Both the position numbers and the translations under genes were made by a program. A stretch of DNA of 32,000 nucleotides, taken from Candidatus Arthromitus sp. SFB-rat-Yit. GTDB taxonomy: Bacteria; Bacillota; Clostridia; Clostridiales; Clostridiaceae. Below are positions 9,162 to 18,831 of this stretch, piece after piece. Under the pieces are notes generated by a model. That model was given only the letters and a program-made list of their open reading frames with translations. It did no database searches and had not been told where the DNA came from. Numbering within the stretch: position 1 is the stretch's first letter; each line of letters opens with the position of its first letter. The DNA lies in the NCBI RefSeq assembly GCF_000283555.1, contig NC_016012.1, positions 810,001 through 842,000 of the forward strand. Reading direction: 5' to 3'.

Positions 9162-10382
9162 TTAATATCTAAATAAAGGGAATTGTTCTGTTATATCTCT
9201 TACACATTTTTTAAAATATTCAGAATTTTTTCCTCTATCCTTAATTACACCATCTATAATATCTGCTATTAACAACATTTCATTCTCACCAAATCCCCTT
9301 GTTGTAACTGCTGCAGTACCAATTCTTATACCACTTGTAATTAAAGCCCCACGTGTATCAAAAGGTATGCAATTTTTATTAACCGTAATACCTATACTAT
9401 CTAATAACATTTCACATTCTTTTCCTGTTATATTTTTATTTGTTAGATCAATCAAAATCAAATGATTATCCGTACCATTGGATACTAATTTAAAATCTCT
9501 CTTTTTTAATTCTTCAGCCAACTTATTTGAATTTTTAATTATTCTTTTTGCATATTCCTTAAAATTATCACTCATAGCCTCTTTAAAACAAATTGCTTTA
9601 GCTGCAATCACATGCATTAAAGGACCCCCCTGAATTCCAGGGAATATAGCCTTATCAATCTTTTCTCCATATTCTTTTTTAGCAAGTATAGCTCCCCCAC
9701 GTGGACCACGTAAAGTCTTATGTGTAGTAGTTGTAACAAAATCTGCATATGGCACCGGATTTTCATGAACACCACCTGCTATAAGTCCAGCTATATGTGC
9801 CATATCAACCATCATATAAGCTCCAACCTCATCACAAATTTCTCTAAACTTTTTAAAATCAATTTTTCTAGCATATGCACTATAACCACAAACAATCAAT
9901 TTAGGTTTAACATTTAAAGCTAAAGTCCTAACCTCATCATATTCTATAACACCTGTTTCTTTATTCACTCCATAAAATTTAAAATTATAAGTCTTTCCTG
10001 AAAAATTAACCGAACTTCCGTGAGTTAAATGCCCTCCATGACTTAAATTCATTGATAAAATAGTATCATTGTGTTTCAAAACCGAAGAATAAACCGCCAT
10101 ATTAGCTTGTGATCCAGAATGTGGTTGCACATTTGCGTATTCAGCATTAAACAATAATTTCATCCTATTTATAGCCAAATCTTCAATTTTATCTACAACT
10201 TCACACCCACCATAATATCTTCTGTTTGGATAACCTTCAGCATATTTATTTGTTAAAATAGTTCCCATAGCACTTAACACATCATTACTAACAAAATTTT
10301 CAGAAGCAATAAGTTCTATATTATTAATTTGCCTATCCTGTTCATCTAAAATTAAGTTAGCTATTTCTCTATCTATTATCAT
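9162..10382 (-). CDS. glyA: Serine hydroxymethyltransferase
   Basis: 406 aa. ELIASENF, and [14 protein letters not shown] containing the PLP lysine. Confidence 0.96.
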   Translation of the reverse strand: MIIDREIANLILDEQDRQINNIELIASENFVSNDVLSAMGTILTNKYAEGYPNRRYYGGCEVVDKIEDLAINRMKLLFNAEYANVQPHSGSQANMAVYSSVLKHNDTILSMNLSHGGHLTHGSSVNFSGKTYNFKFYGVNKETGVIEYDEVRTLALNVKPKLIVCGYSAYARKIDFKKFREICDEVGAYMMVDMAHIAGLIAGGVHENPVPYADFVTTTTHKTLRGPRGGAILAKKEYGEKIDKAIFPGIQGGPLMHVIAAKAICFKEAMSDNFKEYAKRIIKNSNKLAEELKKRDFKLVSNGTDNHLILIDLTNKNITGKECEMLLDSIGITVNKNCIPFDTRGALITSGIRIGTAAVTTRGFGENEMLLIADIIDGVIKDRGKNSEYFKKCVRDITEQFPLFRY

Positions 10383-10415
10383 CTATATCATCTCCTAAAT
10401 TTAATTATAAAAAAT

Positions 10416-10468
10416 AATGCTATGATAACATACCACTTTATCAAAGCAATTACATTAAACATAGCATT
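10416..10468 (-). terminator. Long-loop hairpin plus T-tract between aspS and glyA; possibly the aspS terminator
   Basis: 9-bp stem aatgctatg (10416..10424) / catagcatt (10460..10468) with a 35-nt loop. On the minus transcript it is followed by ATTTTTTATAAT. The loop is unusually long for an intrinsic terminator. Confidence 0.35.
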
Positions 10469-10483
10469 CTATTCAACAAATTT

Positions 10484-12250
10484 TCATTTCTCTATATTTA
10501 TTCCAAGTTCACGTAGTTGCATATCATCAACTTTACCTGGTGCACTTGATAACAAACACTCACCTTTTTTGTTTTTAGGAAATGCTATAACATCTTTTAT
10601 ATCATTAACATTAGCCAAAAACATAATAATCCTATCAAGTCCAAAAGCAATTCCTCCATGTGGTGGAGTTCCATATTTTAAAGCTTCTACAAAAAAACCA
10701 AATTTTTCATTAACTTCATATTCCGAAAGTCCCAATGCCTCAAACATTTTATTTTGGATTAAGTCATTATGTATCCTTATACTTCCTCCCCCAATTTCCT
10801 CCCCATTCAAAACTAAATCATAAGCTTTAGCCCTAATCTTAGAATATTCCTTAGTTTCAAAATATTTAATGTCATCTTCATTAGGCATAGTAAATGGATG
10901 ATGTGATGCGTAATATCTTCCGTCCTCCTCGCTGTACTCATAAAGTGGAAAATCTTTTACCCACAAAAATTTAAATTCTGTATTATCTTTAAGTATTCCA
11001 AGCATATCAGCAAGTTCAAGTCTTAAAGCTCCCAATGCACTTAACACAGTTTTCTTTATTCCTGGAATTATAAACAAGCAATCATTATTCTTCAATTCAT
11101 ACTTTTCTATAAGCATATTTTTATAATCATCAGTCAAAAATTTATTAATTGAGGACACAATCTGATCATCTTTATATCTTATATAAATTAATCCCTTAGC
11201 ATTAAAGTGATCTTTTACAAAAGAGTTAAGGGCATCTAACTGTTTTCTAGTAAAATCAACTCCCTTAGCCTTTATCGCCCTTATCTCCAAGTAATTTTCA
11301 ATGCATTCCTTAAACATAGGAAAATCTGAATTAACAAAATCATCCTTAACATCTATAATCTGCATATCAAATCTTAAATCTGGTTTATCTGTTCCATATT
11401 TATCCATACATTCTTCATAACTTAACTCAATAAATTTATCTTTAATATTTAAATCAAGCATAGAATTGAAAACATGTTTAATGAGCAATTCCATCTTTTC
11501 CTTAACATCATCTTCATCGACAAAACTCATTTCAATATCAACTTGAGTAAATTCTGGCTGCCTATTCGATCTAAGATCTTCATCTCTAAAACATGTAGCC
11601 ACTTGATAGTATTTATCAAAACCACTTACCATTAATAATTGCTTAAAAATTTGGGGTGACTGAGGTAAAGCATAAAACCTCCCCTTATTAAGCCTACTAG
11701 GAACTAAAAAATCTCTTGCTCCTTCTGGAGTACTTTTATTCAATATTGGTGTACTAACTTCTGTAAAACCATCATTATGTAAAAATCCTCTAAATAAATT
11801 AAGTGCCTTACTCCTAATCCTAAATATGTCTTGATATTTATTATTTCTTAGAGAAATATATCTATACTTTAACTTTAAATTATCATTAACCTCAAAACCA
11901 TCATCAATCATAAATGGTAATTGTTCTGATTTTGAGTAAATTTCTATATCATCACATATAACTTCTATATCTCCATTTTTAATTTGTGGATTCTTAGATT
12001 CCCTTTCTTTAACAATACCTCTAACCTTTATACAATATTCTGGTTTCAAACAATCCCCAATATCAAATATGGAGCTACCTTCTTTAAATACAATCTGTAC
12101 TATTCCTTCTCTATCTCTCAAATCAACAAATATAAGAGATCCTAAATTTCTCTTTTTATTAACCCATCCTTCTAGCACTACCTGTTGATCCAAATATCGT
12201 CTATCAATTACTCCACAATACTCTGTACGACGCATTTTTTTAAATTCCAT
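10484..12250 (-). CDS. aspS: Aspartate-tRNA ligase
   Basis: Class II aaRS motifs FRDEDLRSNRQPEFTQ, GGGSIRIH and GLDRI. The track start at 12298 overlaps hisS. ATG 12250 (MEFKKMRRTEYCG...) follows AAGGGGAG and clears the hisS stop at 12267. Confidence 0.93.
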   Translation of the reverse strand: MEFKKMRRTEYCGVIDRRYLDQQVVLEGWVNKKRNLGSLIFVDLRDREGIVQIVFKEGSSIFDIGDCLKPEYCIKVRGIVKERESKNPQIKNGDIEVICDDIEIYSKSEQLPFMIDDGFEVNDNLKLKYRYISLRNNKYQDIFRIRSKALNLFRGFLHNDGFTEVSTPILNKSTPEGARDFLVPSRLNKGRFYALPQSPQIFKQLLMVSGFDKYYQVATCFRDEDLRSNRQPEFTQVDIEMSFVDEDDVKEKMELLIKHVFNSMLDLNIKDKFIELSYEECMDKYGTDKPDLRFDMQIIDVKDDFVNSDFPMFKECIENYLEIRAIKAKGVDFTRKQLDALNSFVKDHFNAKGLIYIRYKDDQIVSSINKFLTDDYKNMLIEKYELKNNDCLFIIPGIKKTVLSALGALRLELADMLGILKDNTEFKFLWVKDFPLYEYSEEDGRYYASHHPFTMPNEDDIKYFETKEYSKIRAKAYDLVLNGEEIGGGSIRIHNDLIQNKMFEALGLSEYEVNEKFGFFVEALKYGTPPHGGIAFGLDRIIMFLANVNDIKDVIAFPKNKKGECLLSSAPGKVDDMQLRELGINIEK

Positions 12251-12266
12251 AAGATTATATCTCCCC

Positions 12267-13526
12267 TTACAAAAAATATTTTTGTATTTCAGTATCATGG
12301 TTTAAATTCAAATTAGTTATTTCACCAGTATCCATATTTTTTATTCTAATTACATTATTGCTTATCTCATCTTTTCCTATAACAACTATATTCTTAGCTT
12401 TAATTTTATTAGCATACTTCATTTGTTGCTTAAAACTTCTATTTAAATAATCTACATCACATTTAATATCAAACTTTCTTAATCTATTACATATTTCCAA
12501 AACATTCATCTTATATTCTTCCGTATGATTAATTAAAAACAAATCAATTCTAATATCTTTAACATAATCATACAAATTATCACCTAGTGCTAATAAAAGT
12601 CTTTCTATACCCATTCCAAAACCAACAGCTGGACAATTTTTACCACCAAGTTCCTCTATTAATTTGTTATATCTTCCTCCGCCACACAAAGTCATATTTG
12701 ATTCATCTACTACCTCAAATACAGTTTTAGTATAATAATCTAACCCTCTAACAATGTTGCTCTTTACTTCAAAATCGACATTAAATAATTTTAAATATGA
12801 TTGAACACTCTCAAAATGTTCACTACACGCATCGCATATGTAATCAAGTATACTGGGAGCATCTTTCGATACTATATTTTTACACTTTTCATTCTTACAA
12901 TCTAATATTCTAAGAGGATTTTTTTTCAATCTTTCATTACAAATACTACATAATTCATGTCTAATATTTTTTAAAAACTCTCTTAATTTCTCATTATAAG
13001 TACTTCTGCATTTATCACAACCTAAAGAATTTATATATACTTTAATATTTTTCAATTTAAAATCAGTATATATACTATACGCCATACTTATAATTTCTGC
13101 ATCAGATGCAGGCGAATCAGTTCCGAATACTTCAACCCCAAATTGATGATGTTGTCTTAATCTCCCCTTTTGCACATTTTCATACCTAAACACAGGTGTT
13201 ATATAAAATAACTTTGTAGGTTGAGAATTTGAATACATAGAATGTTCAATAAACGATCTTATAGTAGGAGCAGTTCCTTCAGCTTTCAGGGTTATACTCC
13301 TATTTCCTTTATCTTTAAAAGTATACATTTCTTTCTGTACTATATCAGTAGTATAACCAACACCCCTTAAAAACAAATCTGTGTATTCAAATATGGGAGT
13401 CCTTATTTCTTTAATACCATATACACTAGACTTATTCCTTAAAAATTCTTCTATATATTGCCATATGTAAGTCTCCCAAGGTAAACAATCCTTTGTTCCC
13501 TTGGGAGATTTAATAATATTATCCAT
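12267..13526 (-). CDS. hisS: Histidine-tRNA ligase
   Basis: 419 aa. PKGTKD, FRYENVQKGRLRQHHQ, CGGGRYNKL, GFGMGIERL. The start overlaps the upstream MBL gene stop by 8 nt. Confidence 0.95.
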   Translation of the reverse strand: MDNIIKSPKGTKDCLPWETYIWQYIEEFLRNKSSVYGIKEIRTPIFEYTDLFLRGVGYTTDIVQKEMYTFKDKGNRSITLKAEGTAPTIRSFIEHSMYSNSQPTKLFYITPVFRYENVQKGRLRQHHQFGVEVFGTDSPASDAEIISMAYSIYTDFKLKNIKVYINSLGCDKCRSTYNEKLREFLKNIRHELCSICNERLKKNPLRILDCKNEKCKNIVSKDAPSILDYICDACSEHFESVQSYLKLFNVDFEVKSNIVRGLDYYTKTVFEVVDESNMTLCGGGRYNKLIEELGGKNCPAVGFGMGIERLLLALGDNLYDYVKDIRIDLFLINHTEEYKMNVLEICNRLRKFDIKCDVDYLNRSFKQQMKYANKIKAKNIVVIGKDEISNNVIRIKNMDTGEITNLNLNHDTEIQKYFL

Positions 13527-14157
13527 TTAAATTTTCACCACCTAGTATATGTTTCAAAAACTTATTACTAATTTTTTCTTCTTTAATAGTACTTTCCTCA
13601 CCATGTCCTGGATAAATTATTGTACTATCTGGCAAATTAAATAGCTTATACCTAATACTTTCTATAATTATATCAAAATCTCCTCCATATAAATCTGTTC
13701 TGCCTATGGTTCCTTTAAATAATGTATCGCCGGTAAAAATCAAATCACCAATTCTATAAGTTACACTCCCTAAGGTATGACCAGGGGTAGATATTACATT
13801 CACAATAACACCATCAAAATTTAAAACTGAATTATCATATATAGGATTTATATGATTCAATTTTGTAAATAAATATGGTTCTTCATGTTGAGCTTGCATA
13901 TCTGGTAAAGCCATAAAAAATGTTGTGCCAAAATGTTGTTGCATATATTCTACCCCATTAGTATGATCAAAATGTCCATGCGTAAGTAATCCATATTTCA
14001 TATTTAAATTAAGATTATTTTTTTCAATATAGTTAACCAATCCTTCTCCATCACCACAATCGATAACAATAGTATTATTATTAATTATATTATGAACTAA
14101 ATAACAATTACAATCGTAACTACCCAACGGAATTCTATAAACATTAATATCTCTCAC
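13519..14157 (-). CDS. MBL-fold metallo-hydrolase (glyoxalase II-like)
   Basis: 212 aa. HGHFDH metal-binding motif plus downstream TPGHT and GD motifs. GTG start preceded by GGAGGT. Confidence 0.85.
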   Translation of the reverse strand: MRDINVYRIPLGSYDCNCYLVHNIINNNTIVIDCGDGEGLVNYIEKNNLNLNMKYGLLTHGHFDHTNGVEYMQQHFGTTFFMALPDMQAQHEEPYLFTKLNHINPIYDNSVLNFDGVIVNVISTPGHTLGSVTYRIGDLIFTGDTLFKGTIGRTDLYGGDFDIIIESIRYKLFNLPDSTIIYPGHGEESTIKEEKISNKFLKHILGGENLNG

Positions 14158-14209
14158 AATTTTACCTCCAAAATAGAATAATCAACAATTTATAATATAT
14201 CTATTCAAG

Positions 14210-16369
14210 TTAATTAATATTTGTATTTGGTCTAAATACATTATATACTCCCTTAACACTTTTCAAAGATGATATAAGTTTATCAAGTTTTTCTCTTGAA
14301 TCAATATTAATCCTAATATCTATTCTGGATATCTCAGAATCAAGTTCCCTAAAATTAATACTTCTAATATAAATATTAAAACTTTTAACAAATTTTGAAA
14401 CATCTTCAATAATAGATGACTTCACATTCCTAAAGGTTACACATATATCTACATCATATTTTCTATTAGCAATATTATACCAATCTAAATCTATGAGTCT
14501 CTCTTTATCTGAACATTTAATTATGTTTTTACAGTCACTCCTATGCACAGTTATACCTTTACCTCTAGTTATAAATCCTAATATTTCATCTCCACAAACC
14601 GGAGTACAACATTTAGCAAATTTGATTAATAAATTACTCTGACCTTCTATCAATATTTCATCTTTATAGCTAGATTTGCATGAATTATATTTTTTATATA
14701 TTATATTATATTCTTTTTTATCATTTTTCTTATCTATAATATTTTCTGATAATAATTCAGATATCTTAGACAATACAAGATTAAAAGTTATATTACCTAT
14801 GCCCAAATTAAAATATAATTCGTCTAAACTAGATAAAGATAAAATCTTTAATAATTTACTAATAAGTACATCATTTAATCGTATAGATCTTTTTTTACAC
14901 TCTTTTTCAAATAAATATTTTCCCCTGTAAACATTGTCTTCTTTAGTTATTCTATTAAACCATTGACGTATTTTACTTTTAGTATGATTGCTCTTAACAA
15001 ATCCTAACCAATCTATACTTGGACCTTTTATCTGTTTAGATGTAATAATTTCAACGATATTACCTGTTTCTAATATATGATCTAAAGTAACAATTTTATT
15101 ATTAACTCTAGCTCCTTCACATCTATACCCTACATCTGTATGAATCCTAAAAGCAAAATCTACGGGTGTAGATCCAATAGGTAATGCTATAACTTTACCT
15201 TTAGGAGTGAAAACGAATATTTCTTGAAATATCAAATCAGTTTTAAAATTTTCCATAGCTTCTGTTGGGTTTTTTGTTTCAGTAAGCCACTCTACAACTT
15301 CTCTAATCCATACAAATTTTTCATCAAAACGATCTTTTGTATCTGTTTGCTCTTTATATTTAAAATGAGCTGCTATTCCTAATTCTGCAACTTTATGCAT
15401 TTTTTTTGTTCTGATTTGTATTTCAAAAGGTTTTCCGCCTTTTGTAAGTACTGTAGTATGAAGAGATTGATAATTATTCGACTTAGGCATCGCTATATAA
15501 TCCTTAAATTTATTAGAAATTGGATTATATTTTTCATGTGCTAATCCTAAAGCCACATAACAATCTTTTATACTGTCAACAATAACTCTTATGGCTATCA
15601 AATCAAAAATTTCATCTATAGTTTTATTCTTCTGAATTAATTTTTTATATATGCTATACAAATGTTTAGGTCTGCCCTCAATAACAGCATTTACATCAGA
15701 TTGATTTAAAACTTCTTTAAACTCTTTTATTATTTCATTAGTTAATTTTTCCCTATCATCCCTTTTTTCAGAAACCAATTTAGCTATTCGATAATATTCA
15801 TCCGGATTCAAATATCTAAAAGATAAATCTTCTAATTCCCACTTTATCTTACTTATTCCAAGTCTATGAGCTAATGGTACAAATATATTTAATGTTTCCT
15901 TAGACTTTTCTTGCTGTTTATACTCAGATAAATATTTTAGGGTTCTCATATTATGTAGTCTATCTGCTAATTTAATTAAAATAACCCTAATATCTTTTGT
16001 CATAGCCATCAGCATTTTTCTAATATTGTCAGCCTGAGCTTCCTCTTTTGTTTTATAATTTATTTTATCTAATTTGGAAACCCCTTCAACTAAGATAGCA
16101 ACTTCTTCACCAAAAGTTGCTGATATATCCGAATACGTAAACTCAGTATCCTCAATAACATCATGTAAAAGACCACCTATTATAGTATTTACATCTAAAT
16201 TCATCTCTGATAAAATGTACGCAACTTCAAGAGGATGCACTATATAAGGTTCACCATCTATTCTTTTTTGATTTATGTGCGCATTAAAAGCAAAATTAAA
16301 TGCTGTTATTATTAACTCTCTATTTTCACTACTTAATCTACTTATTATAAACTCTAGTTTTTGATACAT
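14210..16369 (-). CDS. relA: Bifunctional (p)ppGpp synthetase/hydrolase, RelA/SpoT (Rel) family
   Basis: 719 aa. HD hydrolase motif HDVIEDT, synthetase region GRPKHLYSIYKK...ALGLAH, TGS region VFTPKG, and a C-terminal ACT-like domain. Confidence 0.95.
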   Translation of the reverse strand: MYQKLEFIISRLSSENRELIITAFNFAFNAHINQKRIDGEPYIVHPLEVAYILSEMNLDVNTIIGGLLHDVIEDTEFTYSDISATFGEEVAILVEGVSKLDKINYKTKEEAQADNIRKMLMAMTKDIRVILIKLADRLHNMRTLKYLSEYKQQEKSKETLNIFVPLAHRLGISKIKWELEDLSFRYLNPDEYYRIAKLVSEKRDDREKLTNEIIKEFKEVLNQSDVNAVIEGRPKHLYSIYKKLIQKNKTIDEIFDLIAIRVIVDSIKDCYVALGLAHEKYNPISNKFKDYIAMPKSNNYQSLHTTVLTKGGKPFEIQIRTKKMHKVAELGIAAHFKYKEQTDTKDRFDEKFVWIREVVEWLTETKNPTEAMENFKTDLIFQEIFVFTPKGKVIALPIGSTPVDFAFRIHTDVGYRCEGARVNNKIVTLDHILETGNIVEIITSKQIKGPSIDWLGFVKSNHTKSKIRQWFNRITKEDNVYRGKYLFEKECKKRSIRLNDVLISKLLKILSLSSLDELYFNLGIGNITFNLVLSKISELLSENIIDKKNDKKEYNIIYKKYNSCKSSYKDEILIEGQSNLLIKFAKCCTPVCGDEILGFITRGKGITVHRSDCKNIIKCSDKERLIDLDWYNIANRKYDVDICVTFRNVKSSIIEDVSKFVKSFNIYIRSINFRELDSEISRIDIRINIDSREKLDKLISSLKSVKGVYNVFRPNTNIN

Positions 16370-16492
16370 AACAACCCCTTGAAAATATAGTAATTTAGGG
16401 AGATCAAATATTATTGAAACTCCCTTAAAACATATATTAAATTATAAAATTTGTATTTGAATAATTATAATACATATAATTCAAAATTACAA

Positions 16493-17011
16493 CTACACAT
16501 CATATTTTACAAATGAATTAACATTATAATCTTTCAAAACATCTCTTCCACCAATTTTTTCTAGTTCTATAACAAAATCTAATTCTACAACTTTGCCCCC
16601 GGCTTTCTCTACTAGATCTGCCACAGCTTTAATTGTTCCACCTGTGGCTAATAAATCATCAATTATAGCAACTCTTGGATTATTTTCAAATGCATCTTTA
16701 TGTATCTCTAATGTATCTTTCCCATACTCTAAGCCATAACTTACCTCTATAGTCTTACCAGGCAATTTACCCTTTTTCCTTACAGGTACAAACCCAATTC
16801 CTAAAGCATACGCAACAGGCATTCCAAATATAAATCCTCTAGCTTCTGGTGCAACTATCAAATCTATATTTTTATTTTTCAAATTATCAACAATTAAATC
16901 TATAGTATATTTTAGTGTTTTCCCATCCCGTATAAGAGTTGTTATATCTTTAAAGCTTATTCCTTTTTTAGGGAAATCTTCAATAATTTCTATACTTCTT
17001 TTTAAATCCAT
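16493..17011 (-). CDS. apt: Adenine phosphoribosyltransferase
   Basis: 172 aa. PRPP-binding motif VAIIDDLLATGGT. The ATG and its GGAGG RBS lie inside the 3' end of the upstream gene. Confidence 0.95.
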   Translation of the reverse strand: MDLKRSIEIIEDFPKKGISFKDITTLIRDGKTLKYTIDLIVDNLKNKNIDLIVAPEARGFIFGMPVAYALGIGFVPVRKKGKLPGKTIEVSYGLEYGKDTLEIHKDAFENNPRVAIIDDLLATGGTIKAVADLVEKAGGKVVELDFVIELEKIGGRDVLKDYNVNSFVKYDV

Positions 17012-17841
17012 GATTTTTCCTCCATTTTATAATTCACCTCTTTAATCAAATATTTACATATTTGATTAGCCTTCAAAGAATTTGATACTGTAAGTAATTC
17101 AACTATTAATTTTGCATTTGTAATCTTATTTTTATTTATATATTCCGGATCAATAAAATTAATTAATTCATTAATAGTTATATTATTAGAGCAAGTTTTA
17201 ACAAGCTCACATAATCCATAATTCTTAGTATTTTTCAAAAAATAAGATCCTTCTTTTAAAAGCTTATAATTCTCACCATACACTTTAACATTATCATTAA
17301 ATAAACTTATAAAAACTAAATCTAAAAACTTGACCATACTCTTTAAATTATAAAATCTACTAATACCTTCTAAAATTTTATAAGTTAATGCTGGTAACGT
17401 TAAATCTTTAAATGAATATATACAATCATCTGAATATGGATTTATCAATATATATCTTGAAGAATTTAATATATCTGTTTCTTTATTTGAAATATTTATA
17501 ACTTTTATAGATAAATCTTTATCTATAATTTTATTTAATGAAAACACTATGTCTATCCTCATAAATTCAACATGATCGTTAAACTGTTTCTCATCAAACT
17601 CTTGTGTATCATCGTAAATATAATGATATACATTTAATTTCAAATATCGTAATGCTAATATTAAAATGGATGTAGATAATACGCCATCCAATGTTCCTGG
17701 AGCATAAATTAATATATTAGTATGTTTACTGATCAAATCATCAATTATATCAATTACTTCTTTTATACCATTAATTTTAAAAGGATTATAATTATCACCA
17801 ATATATCCCTTTTCAAAAACAAAATCACGATAATTTTCCAT
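17002..17841 (-). CDS. Short RecJ-like / DHH-domain protein with apparently degenerate catalytic motifs
   Basis: Occupies the recJ slot between secF and apt. By eye it aligns to the RecJ N-terminal DHH domain (ILIYAPGTLDGVLSTSIL; ILINPYSDD..YSFKDL; LDLVFISLFNDNVKVYGENYKLLKEG). It is only 279 aa long. I prefer ATG 17841 (GGAGGA 8 nt upstream) over the track's GTG 17862, which overlaps that RBS. Confidence 0.55.
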   Translation of the reverse strand: MENYRDFVFEKGYIGDNYNPFKINGIKEVIDIIDDLISKHTNILIYAPGTLDGVLSTSILILALRYLKLNVYHYIYDDTQEFDEKQFNDHVEFMRIDIVFSLNKIIDKDLSIKVINISNKETDILNSSRYILINPYSDDCIYSFKDLTLPALTYKILEGISRFYNLKSMVKFLDLVFISLFNDNVKVYGENYKLLKEGSYFLKNTKNYGLCELVKTCSNNITINELINFIDPEYINKNKITNAKLIVELLTVSNSLKANQICKYLIKEVNYKMEEKSWI

Positions 17842-17878
17842 AAATATAATCCTCCAAATCACTAGAAAAACAAGTTCA

Positions 17879-17907
17879 ATTATAATTTACAATGTTAATT
17901 TTTACAA
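17879..17907 (-). promoter_or_regulatory. Candidate promoter for the RecJ-like/apt/relA transcription unit
   Basis: Minus strand reads TTGTAA (17907..17902), a 17-nt spacer, then TATAAT (17884..17879). It is directly downstream of the secF terminator. Confidence 0.4.
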
Positions 17908-17911
17908 TATA

Positions 17912-17959
17912 TTTAACAAAAATAATAGATAGATTATCGACTATCAAATAATCTATCTA
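17912..17959 (-). terminator. Rho-independent terminator after secF
   Basis: Perfect 11-bp stem tagatagatta (17926..17936) / taatctatcta (17949..17959) with a 12-nt loop. On the minus transcript it is followed by TTATTTTTGTT. Confidence 0.75.
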
Positions 17960-17970
17960 CAATTTAACAT

Positions 17971-18831
17971 TTATTTATTTAATTTTCTATTTCCTTTAGA
18001 AGCCAACATTACCCATAACGGTGTAGCAATAAAGATAGACGAATATGTGCCTGAAATTATTCCAATTAATATGGGAAATGAAAATTCCCTTACACTAGGT
18101 ACAAAAATATAAACACAAAGCACTATGATAATAGTTGTAACAGATGTATTAATACATCTAACTAAACTTTGCTTTATACTCAAATTTGCAATATAGTCAT
18201 TAGATTTTCCTGTATGCAATTTCCTATTTTCTCTTATTCTATCAAATATAACTATAGTGTCATTAATTGAATATCCAACTATCGTTAATACTGATGCTAT
18301 AAATGGAGAATTTATCGGAACCATAAATATAGAATATGCACTTAATGTTATCAAAACATCATGTATCAATGCTATTATTGCAGCGATACCAAAATAAATT
18401 TCAAATCTAATAATTATATAAATAAGCATTCCTAATGTGGCTATTGCCAGGGCTATCAAAGCTCTTAAAGTAAGTTCTTTTCCTATTGATCCACTTATTT
18501 CAGTTTGATGTAATAAATTTGAATCCTCTAATGAATATTTTGTTTTAAGTTCATTAAAAAAACTAACAACTTTATCAGTTTCAAAATTTTTACTCCTAAC
18601 TTCAACTTGAGTTCCATTAATCTTTTTTGAAACAGCATCTTGAGAATATTTTGCTAATATTTCATCCACTTCTGACTTATCAAACTCTTTTCCAATATCT
18701 ATTAATACCGTTGTTCCGCCAACAAAATCAATACCTATATTTATTCCTCTATAAAAAAACATAGCAACACCGATTAATACGGTAATTATAGATATAGAAA
18801 ACCATATTTTATATTTTTTCATTATGTTCAT
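17971..18831 (-). CDS. secF: Protein translocase subunit SecF
   Basis: 286 aa, multi-TM. Motifs GIDFVGGT and SINDTIVIFDRIREN. Overlaps the secD 3' end. An alternative ATG lies at 18822. Confidence 0.93.
   Translation of the reverse strand: MNIMKKYKIWFSISIITVLIGVAMFFYRGINIGIDFVGGTTVLIDIGKEFDKSEVDEILAKYSQDAVSKKINGTQVEVRSKNFETDKVVSFFNELKTKYSLEDSNLLHQTEISGSIGKELTLRALIALAIATLGMLIYIIIRFEIYFGIAAIIALIHDVLITLSAYSIFMVPINSPFIASVLTIVGYSINDTIVIFDRIRENRKLHTGKSNDYIANLSIKQSLVRCINTSVTTIIIVLCVYIFVPSVREFSFPILIGIISGTYSSIFIATPLWVMLASKGNRKLNK

Noticed and set aside
12251-13526. I looked for a T-box leader upstream of hisS-aspS and for riboswitches upstream of glyA, tgt/queA and the fab operon.
   Set aside because: hisS overlaps the preceding MBL gene, so there is no leader space. 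The other intergenic regions are 100 nt or shorter and lack the conserved T-box or riboswitch sequence blocks I can recognise by eye.
16397-16425. The hairpin agggag-N17-ctccct between apt and relA, considered as a terminator or attenuator.
   Set aside because: The stem is only 6 bp with a 17-nt loop and is not followed by a U-tract. I could not define a convincing promoter around it either, so it is left unannotated.
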